Below, one piece after another: positions 59,674-64,000 of a DNA stretch of 64,000 bases. Position numbers and translations under genes: made by a program. Each line of letters starts with the position of its first letter. The first letter of the stretch is position 1. The notes under the pieces are model-generated. The model ran no database searches. It had not been told where the DNA came from and saw only the letters and a list, made by a program, of their open reading frames with translations. The stretch is from Candidatus Fermentithermobacillaceae bacterium. GTDB lineage: Bacteria > Bacillota > Sulfobacillia > Fermentithermobacillales > Fermentithermobacillaceae. The stretch lies in assembly GCA_018052455.1 (NCBI GenBank), contig JAGPNE010000007.1, forward strand, positions 654 to 64,653, written 5' to 3'.

Positions 59674-61185
59674 ATGAAATTGTGGGAAATGACGGCAAAA
59701 GAAATTGTGGCGCATGTACTATCGCGGGACATTTCTGCAGATCAAGTCCTCGACAGTTTTCTAGGCAGGATAGCAGAAGTCGAACCGCAGTTGAACGCTT
59801 TTATAGAACTCTTAGAGCCTGGTGCGAGGATTTGCGCCTCGCGGGTTGACAAGAAGCTAGAAAGAGGAGAGAATCCAGGCCTGCTTGCGGGTCTGCCTGT
59901 TGCCATTAAAGATAATATCTGCGTGAAAGGAGCTCCCTGTACCTGCGCGTCGAGGATGCTCGAAAACTGGATCGCACCATACGATGCTTCGTGTGTGACT
60001 AGGCTTGTGGAGCAGGGGGCTGTTATCATAGGCAAAACGAATCTCGACGAGTTTGCAATGGGTTCTTCCACTGAAACGTCAGCGTTTGGTGTTACGAGGA
60101 ATCCTTGGGATAAAGAGCGTGTGCCAGGCGGATCTAGTGGAGGTTCGGCGGCCGCGGTCTCATCAGGCATGGTCCCTATTGCCCTAGGTACGGATACGGG
60201 AGGTTCTATCCGACAACCTGCAAGTTTCACGGGCGTATGCGGATTGAAGCCGACCTACGGGTTAGTCTCAAGATATGGGGTAACGGCATTTGCGTCTTCA
60301 CTTGACACTATAGGTCCTATTGGCGAAACAGTCTGGGATTGTGGTTTGGCTCTAGACGCGATAGCAGGGTTTGATGAGATGGATCCAACGTCATTTGAAG
60401 CAACTGGTTCGTCTTATCTTGCAGGTCTAGGCAAAGAAGTCAAAGGGCTCAAGGTTGGCATTGCCGAGGAGTTTCTAGAGGGTGTTGAGCCTGATGTAAT
60501 GGAGTGTTTTGAATCTGCCGTAGAGCGTCTCAAAGACTTTGGCGTTGAGATACAAATACTGAATCTTCCCTCTTTGGCATATGCCATCGATATATACTAC
60601 ATTATAGCTTCGGCGGAGGCTTCTTCTAATCTGGCGCGATTCGACGGAGTGAGATTTGGAAGACGCGCCGAAGCGGAAACTCTAGATGACCTGTATGGTT
60701 TATCAAGGGGCACAGGATTTGGCGAAGAGGTCATAAGGCGTATCATGATTGGCACATATGCCCTCAGCGCAGGAAACAAAGAGAAATACTATATACGGGC
60801 GGCTAAGGCTCGCACTATGCTTATTGAAGATTTTAGGAAGAGTTTTGAGAAAGTTGACCTGATTATCTCGCCTGCTACACCGTATGTTGCTTTCAAAATC
60901 GGCGATAAGATTGAAGACCCTCTTGCTATGTATACCGGGGACCTCATAACCATCCCAGTTAACCTTGCCGGACTATGTGCGCTTTCCATGCCGGTAGGGT
61001 TTTCTCACGCTCATGGTAAGGATCTTCCCTGCGGATTGCAGATAATCGGCAAGCCTTATGACGAACATACTGTACTCAGACTTGGGTATGCCCTAGAACA
61101 AGAGATAGGTGAGGAAATACGCTCCAAACGGGTTGCCATGCGGCAGAGTTTGAAGCCTGTTAGGGAGGTTGAGCTTGTTGACTGA
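59674..61185 (+). CDS. gatA: Glutamyl-tRNA(Gln) amidotransferase subunit A (amidase signature enzyme)
   Basis: KDNICVKG, GGSSGGSAAAV and GTDTGGSIRQPA amidase-signature motifs. ATG 59674 after GGAAGGTGG. Confidence 0.9.
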   Translation: MKLWEMTAKEIVAHVLSRDISADQVLDSFLGRIAEVEPQLNAFIELLEPGARICASRVDKKLERGENPGLLAGLPVAIKDNICVKGAPCTCASRMLENWIAPYDASCVTRLVEQGAVIIGKTNLDEFAMGSSTETSAFGVTRNPWDKERVPGGSSGGSAAAVSSGMVPIALGTDTGGSIRQPASFTGVCGLKPTYGLVSRYGVTAFASSLDTIGPIGETVWDCGLALDAIAGFDEMDPTSFEATGSSYLAGLGKEVKGLKVGIAEEFLEGVEPDVMECFESAVERLKDFGVEIQILNLPSLAYAIDIYYIIASAEASSNLARFDGVRFGRRAEAETLDDLYGLSRGTGFGEEVIRRIMIGTYALSAGNKEKYYIRAAKARTMLIEDFRKSFEKVDLIISPATPYVAFKIGDKIEDPLAMYTGDLITIPVNLAGLCALSMPVGFSHAHGKDLPCGLQIIGKPYDEHTVLRLGYALEQEIGEEIRSKRVAMRQSLKPVREVELVD

Positions 61186-62632
61186 AGTTCACGATGATAC
61201 GTACGAGATGATGGTAGGGTTGGAAGTCCATGTGGAATTGGCAACTAAGACCAAGATGTTCTGCAGGTGCTCATCTAGATTCGGCGATCCCCCAAATACG
61301 AATATCTGCCCCATATGCATGGGCCTTGGGGGTAGCCTTCCTCAGCCAAACATGGAGGCGGTAAAGCTTGCGGTAAGAGCTGCCCTTGCTTTGAATTGTT
61401 CCATCAACCTCACAAGCAGGTTTGATAGGAAGCACTATTTCTATCCGGATCTTCCAAAGGGATATCAAATATCTCAGTTCTATATACCACTTGCTCAGGG
61501 GGGGTATATAGAGATCGATAATCCGCGCAAGAGAATAAGGATAAACAGAGTACATATCGAGGAGGATGCTGGGAAATCTATTCACGCCGGTGAGGAGATA
61601 ACTACGGCATCATATTCGCTTCTCGACTTCAATAGATCAGGCGTGCCCCTTATTGAGATTGTCTCGGAACCTGACATAGCATCACCCGATGAAGCAAGGC
61701 AGTACCTTGAAAAACTCCAAAGGACGCTTGCTTTTTCTGCAGTATCAGATGTGAAGATGGAAGAGGGTTCCATGCGTGTTGACTGCAACATATCCGTGAG
61801 ACCCAGAGGTGCACAGGTCAGGGGAACCCCTTGCGAGATGAAGAACTTGAGTTCCTTTAGAGCGGTGACCAGGGCTTTGGCATATGAATTCGAAAGACAA
61901 AAGGAAATTTTGTCACAAGGCGGAACGATACAACGGCAGACCAGACACTGGGATGAAGCTCAAGAGATCACGAAACTGTTGCGGATCAAACAGACTAGCG
62001 AGGACTACCGCTATTTTCCAGACCCTGACTTGCCTCCTCTGCAGCTGACTCGGGAGTTTGTAGATGAGGTTGGACGGAACATGCCCCGATTGCCGGAGGA
62101 GATAGTTGCTTACTATGTTCAAGAGCTGGGGCTACCGCGATACGATGCAGAAGTGCTCACGCTTAATCCGGCAATTTCCGCGTTCTTTGAGGGTTGCATT
62201 ACCCTTGGAGGAGAACCAAAGATGGTCTCCAACTGGATAATGGTAGAATTACTTGGATATATGAAGAACAAAGGAATACCCTACGACAATATACCTGTAA
62301 GTCCCCAATATTTCGTATCTATGCTAGACCTCATAGAAGAGGGAGTAATAAGCGGGAAGATAGCAAAAGATGTCCTCGTGACCATGATTGAGACGGGGAA
62401 AGAGCCTAAGGCGATAGTTGAGGAACATGGGCTAGAGCAGATCTCCGACGATGAGAGCCTTGCAAGGATAGTAGACGAAGTCATATCGAAGAATCAGTCT
62501 GTTGTAGAAGAGATCAAGGCAGGAAAAGACAAGGCTTTAGGCTTCTTGGTTGGCCAGGTCATGAAGATTACAAAAGGAAAAGCGAATCCCGGAAAGGTCA
62601 ATGAGCTTCTCAGACAGAGACTTTCCGACTAG
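61175..62632 (+). CDS. gatB: Aspartyl/glutamyl-tRNA amidotransferase subunit B
   Basis: VGLEVHVEL and NRSGVPLIEIVSEPD motifs. TTG 61175 lies 6 nt after GGGAGG; the ORF extends to 61169. Confidence 0.9.
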   Translation: MLTEVHDDTYEMMVGLEVHVELATKTKMFCRCSSRFGDPPNTNICPICMGLGGSLPQPNMEAVKLAVRAALALNCSINLTSRFDRKHYFYPDLPKGYQISQFYIPLAQGGYIEIDNPRKRIRINRVHIEEDAGKSIHAGEEITTASYSLLDFNRSGVPLIEIVSEPDIASPDEARQYLEKLQRTLAFSAVSDVKMEEGSMRVDCNISVRPRGAQVRGTPCEMKNLSSFRAVTRALAYEFERQKEILSQGGTIQRQTRHWDEAQEITKLLRIKQTSEDYRYFPDPDLPPLQLTREFVDEVGRNMPRLPEEIVAYYVQELGLPRYDAEVLTLNPAISAFFEGCITLGGEPKMVSNWIMVELLGYMKNKGIPYDNIPVSPQYFVSMLDLIEEGVISGKIAKDVLVTMIETGKEPKAIVEEHGLEQISDDESLARIVDEVISKNQSVVEEIKAGKDKALGFLVGQVMKITKGKANPGKVNELLRQRLSD

Positions 62633-62667
62633 CAATGTGTTTTTGGTTCTGCAGGGAGGAAGGATCA

Positions 62668-63606
62668 GTGGGAGATAATACTCCTAGGAATATGGACTGT
62701 ACCTATGCCGAGATTGCGGCAGGGCTGCATGACTCAAAAGTGTTTTTCTCTGAACCTATGGCGAATCACACGTCATTTCGGATAGGGGGTCCCTGCGATC
62801 TTCTTGTCGTGCCTAAGACTAGAGACGACGTCATAAAGGCGTGGTCAACGTGCAGAAATCTCGGCGTGCCCTGCTACATTGCTGGAAACTGCACGAATTT
62901 GTTGGTAAGAGACGGCGGATTGAGAGGGTGCATGATCAAACTATCTCCAGGCTTCAGCGGGATAGATAGACGTGACGGCAATACGCTAAGTGTCTTGGCA
63001 GGAAGCCTTCTGGGACAAGTAGTAGAACTGAGTGCTTCTTTAGGACTCGCGGGTTTGGAATTTGCCGCCGGTATTCCTGGAAGCATTGGTGGAGCAGTTA
63101 CAATGAATGCGGGGGCCTACGGAAGCGACATAAGTTCATTGGTCAGGAGAGTCGAAGTCGCTACGTTGGATGGCGATATCGGTTTTGTGAGCGCCAGTGC
63201 CCTGGATTTTTCCTACAGGCACTCCTTTTTTTCCGGCCGGGAGGATCTGCTCATATTGTCAGCGGATCTGGTCCTTGCGCAGGGGGATACTGGCACGATA
63301 CGGCAGACTGTTGCGCAGAGACTAAAAGACAGACAAGACAAGCAGCCCTTGGATTTCCCATCTGCAGGTAGCGTGTTCAAAAGACCCCAAGGAAGATATG
63401 TTGGGCAGATGATCGAGATGTTGGGATTGAAAGGGTTGTCATGCGGCGGTGCGATGATTTCGCCTAAGCACGCAGGATTTATAGTAAACACAGGTAAGGC
63501 TACGGCTGAAGATGTGCTCACGCTCATGGGCATGATCGAGAAAAAAGTGTATGAGGAATTTGGGGTAAGGCTGGAGCCTGAAATAGTAGTGATAGGGGAA
63601 GACTGA
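62668..63606 (+). CDS. murB: UDP-N-acetylenolpyruvoylglucosamine reductase
   Basis: FAD-binding domain with SFRIGGP motif. GTG 62668 after GGAGGAAGGA; the ORF extends to 62635. Confidence 0.8.
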   Translation: MGDNTPRNMDCTYAEIAAGLHDSKVFFSEPMANHTSFRIGGPCDLLVVPKTRDDVIKAWSTCRNLGVPCYIAGNCTNLLVRDGGLRGCMIKLSPGFSGIDRRDGNTLSVLAGSLLGQVVELSASLGLAGLEFAAGIPGSIGGAVTMNAGAYGSDISSLVRRVEVATLDGDIGFVSASALDFSYRHSFFSGREDLLILSADLVLAQGDTGTIRQTVAQRLKDRQDKQPLDFPSAGSVFKRPQGRYVGQMIEMLGLKGLSCGGAMISPKHAGFIVNTGKATAEDVLTLMGMIEKKVYEEFGVRLEPEIVVIGED

Positions 63607-63613
63607 TCGAAAT

Positions 63614-64000
63614 ATGGACAGTTGCATGGTCAGAATTGAGAGCCTCAACCACAGAGGGGAAGGCGTAGGAAGGGTACTTTCAGGCCCTTATGAGGGACTT
63701 ACGGTTTTTGTTCCGGGTACAGTCCCAGGTGACGTGGCTCAGACTTTCTTTGTGGAAAAGAAAAAGACTTTTGCCCGCGCACAAGTGAAAAGGATATTGG
63801 AGCAGGGTGAGGGCCGCGTTGGAGAGGCATGCCCTGTCGCTTCAAAATGCGGAGGATGTTCTTGGCAGCATATGGACTACGGAGTCCAGCTTGAATGGAA
63901 AACTAAGATAGTTGAAGAAGCTTTTCATAGGATTGCAAGGGTCTTTGATTGTGAGATCTCGCCTTGTGTGCCGTCACCTAAGATCCTAGGATACAGGAAC
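63614..64000 (+). CDS. TRAM-domain 23S rRNA (uracil-5-)-methyltransferase RumA/RlmD family (partial; continues beyond the window end)
   Basis: N-terminal TRAM barrel (VRIESLNHRGEGVGRV..GLTVFVPGTVPGDV) followed by a Cys cluster C..C..C (CPVASKCGGCSWQH). No stop before position 64000. Confidence 0.65.
   Translation, partial: MDSCMVRIESLNHRGEGVGRVLSGPYEGLTVFVPGTVPGDVAQTFFVEKKKTFARAQVKRILEQGEGRVGEACPVASKCGGCSWQHMDYGVQLEWKTKIVEEAFHRIARVFDCEISPCVPSPKILGYRN

Noticed and set aside
59742-60230. 162 aa minus-strand ORF inside gatA
   Set aside because: It is antisense to a gene with the amidase signature, and there is no independent support for it.

Overview
This 64 kb window looks like chromosomal DNA from a low-to-mid-GC Firmicutes-type (Clostridia-like) anaerobe, inferred from gene content and gene order. 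It is densely coding and mostly on the + strand. I found no rRNA, tRNA, CRISPR array, integrase or transposase. The recognisable housekeeping blocks are:
- acpS-nnr-ndoAI/ndoA (MazEF-type toxin-antitoxin)
- tsaE-tsaB-rimI / tsaD, with a convergent pyrF inserted between them
- a divergent iscR-iscS-iscU operon
- rpoN, then an rnf operon (rnfC-D-E-A-B) that lacks rnfG
- maf-radC-mreBCD-mrdA-minCDE-rodA, a cell-shape and division cluster
- an XPB-type helicase pair
- pcrA-ligA-gatCAB-murB
The window is also unusually rich in peptidases: a C69 dipeptidase, an S12-like serine hydrolase, a DmpA/P1 peptidase, a C26 amidotransferase, three tandem M42 aminopeptidases and TldD/TldE.

The best candidate for an undescribed system lies at about 8.5-16.2 kb. 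It is a tandemly duplicated two-gene cassette. Each copy has a ~640 aa ATPase of the ASKHA (acetate and sugar kinase/Hsp70/actin) fold with an extra C-terminal beta-rich domain. Each is followed by a partner protein built from lipoyl-like barrel(s), a domain that resembles the His-less swivelling domain of PEP-utilising enzymes, and a KOW-like C-terminus. The cassettes are flanked by a bPH-type membrane protein and a small basic-tailed protein. I cannot assign a characterised function to any of these from sequence alone.
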